A stretch of DNA of 64,000 bases from Marsupella aquatica. Its lineage: Eukaryota > Plantae > Marchantiophyta. Both the position numbers and the translations under genes were made by a program. Location of the stretch: contig OZ316899.1 of the NCBI GenBank assembly GCA_973895155.1, positions 6,327,241 through 6,391,240 on the forward strand. The letters run 5' to 3'. Shown one piece after another: positions 25,604 through 38,700 of the stretch. The notes below the pieces were generated by a model. The model saw only the letters and a list, made by a program, of their open reading frames with translations. It was not told the origin of the DNA and ran no database searches. How positions within the stretch are numbered: the first letter of the stretch is position 1; the number at the start of each line of letters is the position of its first letter.

Positions 25604-27526
25604 CTAGGAAATGGCTTGGATAGCGTTGGCCTTTACTTCCTCAATCCAAGCCTGCTCTCCAATCCGTTCGGTATCGATCTTCCATGGCTTTACATTCTGG
25701 TAGTCCATGGTGGCTGTACCGGTGTCTGAACCTGTTACCGCAGCTCCAAGTTCATCGGCATTACTTATCTCTACCACGGCTGCCTTTGTAGCAACAGTCC
25801 CACAAATGTGAGCGGCCATACTCTCAACCTCCTCTGGAGTGGCCTCGAGAGGTACCCTAGTAGTACCTGCTAGCCCCATGAATGTTTTGGCCAGATCTGC
25901 TACCAATTGCATTGCCTTACCCCCAGTTACTCTTGACAATATAGATGTCGGCTTCGGCACTTCAGTATTTCCGGCTACCACGCCACTAGCGGGAGACCGT
26001 CCAGTTGGTGATCCGTGCCTGGCTTTGGCATACTTCCGCAACTTCTCTGTTTGATTATCTGCACGCCTCTGCAAGCCGATCATCTTGTCTTTGGCCTCCT
26101 CCAGCTCTTGGGATAAATCCTCAACTTCCTCATTGAGCCGATGCGCCTCCTCTTTGGCCGTCTTGAGCTCCTTGTTTAAGATCTGCACAATCTCAAACTC
26201 TTGCTTATCCAAAGCGGCTCTCTGGGAATCGTTGATGCTTTCCAACTTTGTGAACTCATCCGTCCATGCTTGCTTTGTCCGGTTATCTCCTCCTGTAGCT
26301 CCTTGCATATCTGTTGAACTCGGCTCAGGTGATCATTGGCCGTAGTGCACGTGGCGTCCTCATGCTTCTCTCGCATGGCCTCCAACCGGTCAAGTAACTT
26401 GTCATACTTCCTTTGGGCTTCTGCCAAGGCTTTCTCGCTTTGGGTGGCCTGGTCCTTTGCCGTCTTTCTGAGCCTCTTGACTTGGAGATTTAGACCCTGT
26501 ACCTCTACTTTTGAATCAACTAACTCCAACTCTACCTTTGTCAAATTTTCCTTGATCTGCTGGTTATCCAATTGGTAGTTTTCCACTTGGTTGTTTGCCA
26601 CCTCCAATTCCTGCTGCTTAGCCAAGAGATCCTGCTGAGCTTGTTGATCAAACTTTGTCTTAGCAACTTCGGCTTCCATGGAGCGAAGCCGAGCGATTAC
26701 CTCTTATTTCTTTAATTGCTCCAACGTCATTGCCTCCTCCAACCTTGTTTGGTCAGCCATTTCCTTTCTAAGAAATGGTCCGGATTCTAACTCATTGCCG
26801 AAGATTTCTAAGGCTAGCAGTCCACACATGTCTCCATACTCCCTAGCCCGATCCGTCACATATTTTGACCTGCCAGGTGATACTGGCATCTGCCAACAAG
26901 GCCGTTTCTCCCAAGCTTCTGCCCGTAACTGATTGAAGTCAATGAGAGGCACGACTTGCTTCTCACTAAGCCATTTTATTTCCTCCGGCCAATCACCGCC
27001 TGGTAGTTGCCGTTCCTGTATGTCATTTTGGGCCCTCCACTCGTCGAGTTTCTCCTTGAAACTTGCCTCGGCTTCCTTCATTCGGTCAAATTCCAATGGT
27101 GTCACGTCTAGCGGCGGAGACTCCGGGGTTTTTTGATCCTCCGGCTTGCCATAAAAGACTGAGGGAAGTCTTCTACAAAACCTTCCCAACGTTCTCACTC
27201 CTGGCACCGGTCTCTCCCCATGATCAACATAATCATCGTCGTAGTCATCCACATTAACCTGACTACCGAGCATGCCGGCCTCTTCTACAAAGCCCCCAAT
27301 CTCCTCCACTGCGTATTGTTGGGCTGCCACTGGTTGATTTACCTCCACCGGTTCCTCCACTCGGGCCCAACTAGAAGCTCTAAGGACTGGCCTCTCCTGA
27401 CTACGGCCTCGGCTTCCGTCTTCTGACTCCGAATCCACTTGCTCATCTCGTTTTGTTCTTTCTTTGGCAGTCATTTTCCTCTCTACCAGTTGAATACCTG
27501 CATATGGCTTATTACGAGTAGGCCGT
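25604..27526 (-). pseudogene. C-terminal half (acidic region plus long coiled coil) of an LTR-resident ORF
   Basis: ORFs 26704-27534 and 26176-26679 are in frame across one stop; a frameshift at about 26340 leads into 25604-26308. Heptad-rich. Joins 32038-33372 in frame when the nested element and one TSD copy are removed. Confidence 0.8.
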
Positions 27527-27874
27527 TGTCGCAAGGACTTAAAGTTAGGGGCTCCTTGGGCAAACTACGCGTTTCTGGCTACGATCAGGATAGGTGACAA
27601 GCACTTTTTGGAGCGAACTCACTCCTTTATATTTTTTACTTTTCTCACGAAGGTTACAATAGGTGCCCTCGAGTAAGCTTGCCCGCAAGAGTCTGGTAGC
27701 TGGCCCTACGATGGGCCGCTACCTCTAACTTGTCAGGTAGAACTCCTCGAGTGACTAACTACTCAAAATCTGACGGAAGAACTATCCTCCTTAGCTCACA
27801 AAACCAAAAACTCGACTAGCTACTCCACTAGTCTAAAATAGCTCGCACGGAACTCGGGCCTGGACCAACAAGGC

Positions 27875-28016
27875 CCCAAACTCGAGAAATCCTCGCCTGG
27901 ATCAACAAGACTCTAAACTCGAGAAATCCCCGCCTGGATCGACAAGACTCCAAACTCGAGAAATCCCCGCCTGGATCAACGAGACTCCAGACTCGAGAAA
28001 TTTCCCGCCTGGATTG
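27875..28016. repeat. About 36-bp tandem repeat (x4) inside the LTR, also at about 31545-31686
   Basis: Unit ACTCCAAACTCGAGAAATCCCCGCCTGGATCRACRAG. Confidence 0.85.
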
Positions 28017-28234
28017 AAAACTCACTCGGAACTCCAAAACCGCCGCACAACAGTTGAGTTCCGCAGAACAGAGCGGAACTCATAGAATGCAACTCAACAG
28101 ATCTCAATAGACAACCGCCAACCTCAATGAGCCGAGGCTCAAGTCTTAAGTAGCATCGGAAACCCAACCATCCAACCTGAGCCAGCTGCCAGCAGCGAGG
28201 CTCATCCAAACTCCAAGCCTGGTGACTCACCCAA

Positions 28235-31154
28235 ACACGGAACATGAGGGACAGTAAAGATGACCATCGGTGTCACCTTACTCGGATCCGCACAACCAAT
28301 CTCCTCAATCAAAAATGAGAATGCCTTGCCATGCTCCATTATCATCTTTCGAAATGCCACTTGCTCCACCTCCGTAAGTAACCCATCCGAACCAATCTTA
28401 AGCTTTGCCAAACTCTCTTGGGTAAACTTATGCCCTATCCGATCAGTTGGCCTCAGCCTTGGTTCCAACCTCGCTCAATCCATGACTCCATTGCATCGTC
28501 CGACAAAGGTATCGCCGCCGGCCTCACCTTCTTGTCAACCGTCTTGTATTTGGTACTCGAGTATACAAGCACGGCCATAGACGAGTACTGCCTTTCCAAC
28601 TCCTTCTCCAGCTTGTCCCTTCCCAAGTTAGACTCCACACATTTGAGTGGCTCTTCCTCTCCATTATCCATCATGTTTTCCCCTTCACAAGGAGCTAAGG
28701 AACGAGCACTCCGCCGATCCACTCTTTTGAGCAAAGTGCCAAGTTGTTTTCCGGACCTGGATCAGAGTCGGCACTCTCAGTCCTCAACCCCTTCCTATTC
28801 CTCTCGTTTCTAGGTAAAACAGCCAGAAATTGAACCACCTCTTTCCCATCTTTGCTCCGAACCTTCACCATGAAGGTAGTATCATCCAGAACCTTCATCT
28901 CCATCCTCCATTCAGTGATGAACGGCATGCCCAGTATCACCGGAAACGACAAGTGCTCATGAACAAAAATGTTACAAGCCTGCTTGACATTCTCGAACTT
29001 CACCATCACATTTGGACATCCGCCCCAAAGATAGTCCTTCATTGAACTCACCGAGTTCACACTCCAAAGCAACTCATTGTCCACCGGCCAATTCCCCTTT
29101 TGAAACACCTTTGGATCCATCAAGTTCATCTCCGAGCCAGTATCAATGAGCGCCCGCACCTTGCCTTCCATTCCTTCCAACTGGCACTCGCTCTCCTGAC
29201 TTGCTCGAGCCCAGTATCCATCTCGGTAAGCATAACCGTTTCCTTTCATTGAGCCCATGACATGAATGGTCCTCGACTGCGCGGTAATGCTTTCCCGTTC
29301 TCCCCCTTCGGTCGGGTCCCTGTTTGCCATAGACTCAGCTTCGCTTCCGGTTCCCATGAGCTCCTCTTCCGCATCAAAGAACTCATCATCCAAGTTCATG
29401 AGCTCCTCTTCAAGGGACTCGACCCTCTTTGGTTCCCCCAAGTCTGACTCTTTGGGGCCAGCAAGCTTACTACCTGAACCCATGGACACCCCAACAGTGT
29501 AAGTTCGGAAACTCCCAATTTCCGTCTTGCCAGCCTCCCCCATCAAGGTGTGAGGGCCCTCTTTGTAAATCCGTTTCCTCTTGGATCTCTCCAAGATTGC
29601 TTCCTGGATCTCCCGCCTCATACTGCCAAAGAACTCGGCGTTGGTAAACCCTTGAGCCTGTTGGCTCCAGAACTTCTCAGCTACAACCTCCGGGTACATG
29701 GCCTGGTCCATGTCCTTGCCAAGCACCTAGCCCGGGTCCTTCCTGATCAATTTCCCTTTTTCCGGCTCTTTCTCGCTCATTTCCTCTTCTTCGAACCTAA
29801 CCCTCATTTCCTTGTCTCGAGTATCCCGCCTCTCTCGTTCCCCTGATTGAGACGGAGTGTCATCCTCATCGGTTTTCTTCCTTTTTGACTCGACCGAGGC
29901 ATCCCAACTAGCCCCAACCTCAATTATTATTGCATTGATCAGCACCGGGTCACTCCATCCGGATCTCTCTCGCACCAGATCTGCCAAGCGCTTGTAAAAC
30001 TTGTCCGTTTCCGTCACGGGGCCATCCAACTCCACATTGTAAACATTTGCTTCCAGGTGCGAAGAGGACGCCTCTTCGACTCGCTTCCCAGCTCGCTTCT
30101 CAGCCAAAGCCTTCATGCCTCCCTTGTTGGAGTTGAATGGAATCGGCTCCTCAATATCGGCAAACAATATCTTTTTCTGACCAACTTCACCGATGAACTT
30201 GATCAGCCTTTTATCCGCAGCTTCCCTTAGGTCTAGGCACTCCCGTTTGTCATGCTCTTTGCTGTCGCACCACATGCATGGCCAACTCTGCATCTCTCGC
30301 TTCCTCTTGGGAGCACTCGCAACCCTCGGTTTTGGATTCTTGACCGCATGTGCCGCCAAGATCTTCAGGTTTTGCATCACTTCTGCGAGATCATCCACCG
30401 ATGGTTTGATCTCATCCTTTGCTGGTTCTCGCTTCCCTTTCCTCAATATCGGTTCCGGCGGCCTTAGGTCGAGAATGGTAGCCTCCTTGTCTAGCTCTCG
30501 CCGCCGGTGTCGATTGCTCACTCTCGACACCGCTTTCTCAACTTGGTTCCAGTCGTTAGACAAGGTAACTCTCGAAGGTTCCAACAGCTCCATCGCGTTC
30601 TCAAGCTCCTCTCGAAGGTCCTCATTGGCTGCCCTCAAGAAGAGCGTCGAGCGCTGCAACTCGATGATTCCCACATCCCGCTTCGGTAACTAAGACACCC
30701 TTCTCTTGAACTCCCTTAGGAGCTCTTGCGGCCCCTTCAGCTTCTTGTTCCTGTCATTCACCCAATCCAAGAAGGTAGCCTGCGTGACCCGATCAGCATC
30801 CTCCGCTTGGAACTCCTCTTTCATCTTCTGGTCGAAGTCATCCCAGCCCTCAGCTGACTCAATGATGGTCCGCACCGTCCAACTCAACTCCTTCTCAACC
30901 AGCACCATGAACTCTTTCATGGCTGTCCCTTCGTCCAACTTGTAGACAACTGCTTCTGTCAAGTAAGACTTAAGGTAGCTTGTCACATTTCTCCCATCGA
31001 ACTGCCCATTTGCCTTCAAAACCTCTTGGAGACACCGAGTAGTTCTATTCGCTTCCCTGTTTGCCCTTTCCAACTCAAGCTCTTCCTTCCTTATGGTTCT
31101 CATCATCGACATGACGATGTTCGATATCCGATTGACTTTGTCATAGTCACCCAT
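28235..31154 (-). pseudogene. gag, Zn knuckle, protease and pre-RT linker; RT, RH and INT deleted
   Basis: FDGRNVTSYL, CMWCDSKEHDKREC, ALIDTGSEMNLM, VILGMPF, TKYKTVDKKVRP, PMVIFTVPHVP; in-frame stops at 30690 and 29727. Confidence 0.9.
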
Positions 31155-32037
31155 CTCATCCAATCGCCCCAAGGAATCCCCAGTATGGTTGCCAATGTTG
31201 CGAGGACTTAAAGTTAGGGGCTCCTTGGGCAAACTACGCATTTCTGGCTGCGATTGGGACAGGTGACAAGCACTTTTTGGAGCAAACTCTCACTCCTTTA
31301 TATTTTTTACTTTTCTCACAAAGGTTATAATAGGTGCCCTCGAGTAAGCTTGCCCGCAAGAGTCTGGTAGCTGGCCCTACGGCGGGCCGCTACCTCTAAC
31401 TTATCGAGTAGAACTCCTCAAGTGACTAACTACTCAAAATCTAACGGAAAAACTATCCTCCTTAGCTCACAAAACCAAAAACTTGACTAGCTACTCCACT
31501 AGTCTAAAACAGCTCGCACAGAACTCGGGCCTGGGCCAACGAGGCCCCAAAATTGAGAAATCATCGCCTGGATTGACAAGACTCCAAACTCAAGAAATCC
31601 CCGCCTGGATCGACAAGACTCCAAACTCGAGAAATCCCCGCCTGGATCAACGAGACTCCAGACTCAAGAAATTCCCCGCCTGGATCAAAAACTCACTCAA
31701 AACTCCAAAACCGCCGCACAACAGTCGAGTTCCGCAGAACGGAGCGGAACTCACAGAACGCAACTCAACAGATCTCAATAGACAACTGCCAACCTCAATG
31801 AGCCAAGGCTCAAGTCTTAAGTAGCATCGGAAACCCAACCATCCAGCTTGAGCCAGCTTCCAGCAGCGAGGCTCATCCAAACTCCAAGCTTGGTGACGAC
31901 GAGTCACCCAATCACCAAACCTCAATCCAACCAACCAAGCAGCCCCTCCGAGTCAGCATGCACACAACCCAACCAGGAGGCCTCGCCCATCATCCCCTAT
32001 AAAAGCCATTCTTGAGCCAAAATCTTTCGGCACGACA

Positions 32038-33372
32038 CCGTCGCAACGGATTTCTCACCACATCATATGTTACCACCTCTGGTTCCTTGAGAGGGGAATT
32101 CTCCCATCCTTGGACTGCCTGTGTTGTCGGCCTATTCTCCCGTCCCTGGATTGCCTGTATTGCCGGCCTCTTCTCTTGTCGTCGCTTGTTCAAGGGCAGC
32201 TCGTCCTCCTCCTCCACTCGTGCTGTAATCGGCATCCTCTCCTGTAGTGGTAACACGGGTGCAAAAGACTGGCTTCTTGCATATTGGCAAAGTAATTGTA
32301 GATGGTACCCTAGTCTGGATACCGCTCCTTCCCCAATACTCTGCTTCTCTTCATTCAATGCCTTCTTTAACTGCATTAAAAGATAGCCATTGTAGTCTTG
32401 GCTTGAATCGATATTCTCCACCAAAAATACCTGGGCTTTGCCGATCTCTGCTCTCGGCAATGTACAGTGTAGCATGACTCGTAAGAAATCAATCAACTGC
32501 CCCACATGTGGATTAGTGCATTTATTTCTAAAGAACCAATTCTTAGTAGAGGGTCCTGGAAATGATCGGAATTGATTATTCGGCAATGTCTTTCGCTGCT
32601 CCACCTTAGTTTTATTCCCTTGTGGAAGAGCAAAGACGGCTTCAATTAGTGCTGGCGTTAATTCCACCACCTTCCCATACATCAGTGTCGTGTTAGAAGA
32701 AGCCTTCTAGCATCCTACAAAGTCTAACAGATCTTTGTCTAGTATGTCAATGAACCGCCATGGTAACCGAATGAATCCCTCTAAGCCGGTGTCATTCATG
32801 TATCCAGAATACTTGTTATCCTGGATAGCACAGAAGACCTCATCTTCTTCTTGTGCAAACTGTAGTTGTAAGTTGGCAGGTAGCTTATCCGCCCAACCCG
32901 TCATAAACTTATCCTCCACTGCCCTATCACGAACTGGCACAACTTCAGCCTTGGCCTGCCTCTCCGATCGATTCCGCTTAGCTGGTGTTGGAGACGCCGA
33001 ACTACCTTTACACTTCATCTCTTCAGTTCCTGAGAACTCTCCAAGAATGGCTTCCTTGAACCAAGCCAAAGTGTGACCCTTCAACTCCCACACCGGCTGC
33101 CCAGCGTTCTTAATCGCCTCCCAAATTCCAATGACTCGATTCTCTCTGATCAACAACTTGTCAAGCTTGGCACTAGTGGGAATCCATACAAATTTCTCAA
33201 GTACCTCCTCCGTTCCCACAAATGCCGTCTTATGAATTCCCCATAACCGAGCAAGCTCCGCCCGTTCCCTTGCTGCTCGTTCCGGCTTGACGTCTTTGTA
33301 AGTTGGTATGAGCTGCCATGCTTCTTCAAGCAAACAGCCCCAGAACTTGGCCGCTTGATTCACCGTGGTCAT
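32038..33372 (-). pseudogene. N-terminal half of the LTR-resident ORF
   Basis: ORFs 32707-33372 and 31990-32682 are in frame across one stop. AAKFW...IGIWEAI and GLEGFIRLPW...YGKVVELTPALIEAVFALPQG resemble AIRFW...IGFWEAL and GFEHLTSLPW...RGRNMSLTEERLKMIFGLPEG in the 44065-46719 ORF. Confidence 0.8.
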
Positions 33373-33744
33373 TCCACCAAAAAAAGGAGCTTGAAAAATT
33401 CCCTAACCACCTCCCTCAATTGATCGGCAGCTGCTTCCGCGGTCCTAGGTTGATCGAACAAGCAAATGAGCAAGTGTACAGAATGTCGGTCCCCTCCCTG
33501 CGAAGCCGCCTCCTGATGGCTTGCCTGATCAAGTCCGGATTAGGTCATAACCCTAATCCCGCTCAATCGCGACCGTTGGATCTTACCTTATCGCAATCCT
33601 CCTTATAACACATTGCAATCGGCTTTGGTCTTTATTCCTACCTTATACTATTTAGCCATTATCTTTATTTAGCCATTATTTTAGGCTTAACTAAGTACTT
33701 CGTGATCCTGGCAAGCCATCACATCTTCCAAAAAACATATCCAA

Positions 33745-34035
33745 ATGATCATTCCGATACATCCAAATTTATAACATTGGACCTTCGAATTTCCGATGCT
33801 TTTAGTAACGCAACATCCGTTGGATTACAGATCGGAAGGTCCAATGTTGAATGTATCAAAAAATTCCATTGTTTTTATATCGGATGGTCCGAAGTGTTTG
33901 GTATCGGACATTGGATTTTTGTCATGCTTGCTGGACGAGGGGTCCGATGCGTTTAGTATAGGACTGTGCAAAGAGCGGAGTATTTGATGTCCCGATACTG
34001 AAAGCATGGGATAATTAGGTGATTTTCCGATGTAT
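33745..34035. repeat. Cluster of (GG)TCCGAT/ATCGGA motifs; similar clusters at about 50440-50596 and 51740-51960
   Basis: TTCCGATAC, TTCCGATGC, ATCGGAAGGTCC, ATCGGATGGTCCGA, TATCGGAC, GGTCCGATGC and CCCGATAC occur in both orientations. Confidence 0.75.
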
Positions 34036-34332
34036 ATTGCATTGGACTAGTAACGGACAAGGGTGATTCTTTCTTGATAGAAGAGTGGGCCTCATGTGGT
34101 TGGTATTTGAGGGTTTAGGGTTAGTTTCATGGTGAAATGGGCCAAATTGGGTTAAATTATGATTGATGCAAAAGAATGTTATATGTACAAGCTCAAAATG
34201 TCATATTCGAAAAGGGAAACCCCCCGATATGTACAATATGTAGTAGCCTAGGTAGCTTACTATACTAGATGGTACATATATGCTAGTATAAAAGCTACCA
34301 TGCACTACATATCTAGGTCATGCCACAAAGCT

Positions 34333-34898
34333 CTAAAAAGGTGTGTTGCGTCCCTTCTTCTTCTTCGGGCGAGAACGACGGGGTGGTACAGGTCCAGGAA
34401 CACAAGACCCCTCCTCTCTCTGGCTGCCCACAACCGTGGCAACCACCTGCTCACCAGTGGGTTGGCCTAATGCTGGCCGGGACCCTGACCCACTAGATGC
34501 ACCGCTAGGATGCTGAGGTGCAACAGATGTCTCTAAACCCCCTGACACGGCAGAGTGGAAGGAGCCGTCTCCCCTCTAGTAGACCTGTGAGAGTGATGGG
34601 ATGCATCCCCTGCAGATGCTGTCTGTGGCCCATGTCGTGCGGTACTCCCACCAGACTCACATGATGGCGCTCGCCCTCTAGAACCACCATCCTCCATGTC
34701 ACGACCCACTTGTCGAGAAGAGCCAGGTGTACCGGATAGTACTCCAGAGCGATGGCCTGGTCCCGTGCCACCTCTACTACCCCCTGAGGGGCCGGGCCTC
34801 GCACTCCGTGACACTCCCGACTGATGGGAGGCCACACCATGAACACCATGTGACCTACCCCTCTGTGCTGATGTGGGGGCAACATGAGGGACTGCAGG
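34333..34898 (-). pseudogene. 3' exon of a probable CACTA accessory gene, separated from 49833-51660 by a solo LTR
   Basis: Removing 34899-49832 plus one GCAGG restores FTPTPA-VPHVAPTSAQRG...ASHQSGVSR in frame. The gene ends in a basic RRSRPKKKK tail after a frameshift. Confidence 0.6.
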
Positions 34899-35749
34899 TG
34901 TAGAGTAGGGTTTAGAGTAAGAATAACTATTCTTCTCTTTAATAGCCTAGATTCGTTCCCGTTAAGAGCTATTGAGACCTAAAAGATTGTAATATGATAC
35001 TTTGAGTACTTTTGAGTAACATACTCAGGTTACAAGCCTTTTTAACATGCTCAGGTTTATGGAAGGAATTTTATGATACTTCCATGAAAGGTATGACGTT
35101 TGTATCGTCCATAGTGCAATCAAAAGGGGTAAAAAGTGTTAAACAAAACCAAAAGCCAATGGCGTGAAAAACGATAGAAGGCGAGTTATAGATGGAAATA
35201 TACCCTATCACTACATAGCAACTCATGGCCAGCGGTAGTACATTAAGAATCATTGGGATAAGTGCTCATGTAAAACTGATGCCTACATATCCTCTTCAAA
35301 CCAGCCATCTTTAGAAAATTATAAAAGATTAGCATAAGGTAGCCCGTATTGATTTTCTGACCTATGTCAAAGCAAGGTGGTACTAATCACTCCGAACCAA
35401 CTTATTCTTTTATTCAATCCATCAGATTGCTCTTTTGGATCTATGCAATTTGTGGAATTCTAGTGGTGAATTTGTATAAGCTCTTTGTTGAATACAAGAG
35501 CTCTATAGTCAACACGAATCAATAGGCTTTTGCATGATCTCAAGCATGCGTTTCCAGTCAGCCTACGGGTCAACCAAGCATTACTAGTCACATCAAACAA
35601 CTTTTTCTAGTAAGGGATAATCACATACTAAGATTGAATCACAAACCATAGATTACCAAAGATTACTAAAATAGACTTCTCATTGATTAATTACTTCAAA
35701 GAGAAGGAGACTTAAAGTTGAAAGCTAATTTCATGAAAGTCATATTAAG

Positions 35750-38700
35750 TGTCACGTCGTAGGCTTCGGCCTTAACTCAGACTTCAGCTTAGACGGGCAC
35801 ATCCCTCGTAAATCTGAGGGTTCGGGCAGGAAGGGAAGCACGTAATGCACCTTATTCTCGTAAACTAGCGCTAAGTGCGCATACTGCTAAATACGAACAC
35901 CTCCTAGGTATGGTTTGTGTTCCGCCGCCGGAACGTACCTTAGTCGATAGCAGGATCGACCCCGGCTTAAGGGCTTCTAAGCCTTCGTGCTGTCCGCCTT
36001 CGATCCGGATTCGATGATACAGGTCCTCAACCCGTGCTCGCAACCACTTACCCGCAGGCTGCACCCTGTGCACGTCTCGGGTAGTGCGTTCGGCCTGGCG
36101 TTGCCACCCATATACGAGAAACCCACACACATATGCGCACACATGCATACAATCTCGATTTACACGAAGGAAAATGATGGGAAAGGATTTTACTACAAAG
36201 GGAACATATGCGTACACTTAGTTGACACGACAGCCCTGGAATGCACAGGTTCAAGGCCGAGGGTGCACACTACAACGGAGCCCGGCTCCGCACTCGCCCG
36301 GCGAGCTTAGTCCTACCCCCTCCCCTTGGTACTCTGTCATTCCCAGAGGTCGGGACTCCCCGCATGTCCCGCAGATGTCCGACTCAGAAACTAAAAACCC
36401 CCCTGCCTCTACCGAGGGGTGCACTAAATACTAAGAGCCGAGGAACGGGGTGTCCTCTCGCCGAAGATTCGCTGACTAAGGTCCTAACTAAGCTGACAGT
36501 CAGGCCGGAAAACGGCTGTGTCTTATTAGAAGATCCTAATCTACGCAGGCTGGACAGCAGGGCAGCGCTGCTGTACCTAAGGCAGGTGCCTGTCCCAAGA
36601 GCCTGACTAAGCCAATCCTAATCCTAATCTATTCCTACTCCGCCGCTAATGCCTGGCACGCTTGCCAGAGCCGCCCGAATGGGAACGACCATCCCGCTGC
36701 CTTCGAAGCCTGTCATTGTCCGCTTTGAGGAGCTGGACCTGGTCCAGCAGAGATTCGTTCTCTCGCCTCGCCGCGTCCGTCTCCTCTGCTGCCTCCTGAC
36801 ATGCCTCCTCCAGCTGCTGGGCGTCGCTCGTCAGTTTACTCGCCAGCTGGTCCTGCTTCTCGGCCTCGGTTTGGAGCCGCGCCATCTCGGCCTGCAGCGT
36901 GGCTATCTCCGTCGCGTCCCGCTGGGCTCGCTCCTCGGCCTCCTCCAGGTCTTTCTGCCAGGTGACAGCTTGTTTCTTCAAACTGTCAATCTGGTTCCGG
37001 AGTCGTGTAATCTCGGCCTCGTTCCCAGCTTTGGCCTGTTCGGCTAGGGCGGTAAGAGCGTACGCCTTTGCTAACAACTCATCGGCGGCTGCAACCTTGG
37101 GTCGTAGTTGCAGAAGCTCAGTCTCTTGAGCCGCCACTTCGTTCTTTAGGTACACGGACTCCACCCGGTACCGCTCTATCCTCTGAAGGGCCTTCGACTG
37201 GGCCCGACCTGCCTTTACGGCGACAACCAACTCCTGATTGAAGAAACAGGCTACCTTCCGGGCCATGAACTCCCCGGTATCCCGGGCAATTTGATGAGAG
37301 AAATCTCCCAGAAGCCCGTTCAGAAACGTACCCTGTACGAAGAGTTCCGGGTGGTCCAAGTTGTGCCTGTCCGGATTTGGGCACGGGCAGACATCAACAC
37401 GCGCAGGGGCCGGGGCAGTGACGTCCAGCCCTGGGGACATAACGTTGGAAGGGGCTGGAGTGTCCTCCTGCAACGATGTCCGGTTCTCCGGAATTGCCAC
37501 CGGCGGGTCCTTGGGAGACCCGGGTTCGGGTAAGACCTCTGCCGTACCAACTTCTGTACTTAGCCCGGCTAGTTGGGTTGCATCAACGATTGCGACGACC
37601 GACCCCTCCGGCGCCTCCTCGGTTACGATTACAGCTATTTGTGGAGGTGGGGTGGGTGAAGCTGGCGTGTCCACTGGACTTCGGGCCTCGGGTTGGGGCC
37701 GTCTCTCCAATGCCGGAAAAACCCACCTAGCTGGGACCAGCCTTGTAACGTTGATGCGGGGAAGGGTTCGTCGATCAAACCGGGCGTACCACTCAAGAAT
37801 GATTTTGATATGGCCAGCGAAATACGCCTTCCCGCCAATGTACAGCGTCTTCCTTCGCCGCTCCATCTCTTCATGGAATTTCTTAGCGAAGTACGACGCC
37901 CATTTCCTAGGTCGATAGTTCTCGACCTGGATAACCTGGGCGGCGGAGATCTCCCCCCGGGGTTCCATCATGTGGAGAGCGTACCTCTGGAACTCCAGCC
38001 GCTCAGCTATCTCGGGCATGAGGCAGGTCCTCATCACGAACCCGTTGTCTACTGATCCCTCTGAGGGAAAACTTGAAGATTGGTACTTGGCCCCCTTGCC
38101 CCTGGGAGCCCGTGATTCGACTCGATGGTCACCTTCGGGTAACCCGAAGATCATCTTGAGCCGTTCTTCTGTGAGACATATTCCTTCCCCGCAGCCGAGT
38201 CTGTTGATGTACGTCGTCATAATTCTTGATGAATTCTGTCATGTCCTCCCCGTAGTACCTGCAAGTGTTCCAGGGGAGAGAGGTGAGGTGCTCAAATCCC
38301 TGAGTCTTCAGGTACACCGCATGCTTGGGATGGAGGATGTTGCTATGAACGTTTTCCCCCATGCGGTGCATTGTCACCTTGGCTACGGCTACCGTGGCCA
38401 ACGGTAACCCGGATGCAGTGGCGGATTCCTTCCTCTTCTTTCCCCGTGACTGACTCGGGGAAGGTGATACTTCCCCATCCTCCCGATCGGGCCTGGGGAG
38501 TGCCACTGCGGTTGGTAACGGGCCCGGGGCGGCCACGGTCACTATGTTGTCTGCTGGGGCCGCTCCTGGGGTCAGAGCAGGGGGTGGGGACGATATAGTG
38601 TCGGCCCCCTGAGCGCTTGTTCCTCTGGGCCGCCTGGTCAAGGGTGGGGTAGCCTCGTCGTCATCGCTAAGATCCACAGCGTTGATGACGGAGCGTACCT

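Larger units (their letters stand above)
27527..32037 (-). mobile_element. Internally deleted Ty3/gypsy element with 4-bp TSD, nested in the giant LTR
   Basis: 5' LTR 31196-32037; 3' LTR remnant 27527-28234; termini TGTCG...CGACA; TSD CCGT at 27523-27526 and 32038-32041; PBS TGGCAACCATACTGGGGATTCC at 31173-31194. Confidence 0.92.
22621..33723 (-). mobile_element. Non-chromovirus Ty3/gypsy-like element, 3'-truncated, with a giant gene-bearing 5' LTR (about 4.6 kb after removing a nested insertion)
   Basis: LTR from 33723 (TGTGATGG...) to 24587 (...CGCACCA), then a short spacer, PBS TGGCGCTAGATGGAGGGGG at 24562-24580, then gag. No second LTR is present, so the LTR ends are inferred from TG/CA termini, the PBS and similarity of layout to the 35750-47185 element. 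Confidence 0.75.
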
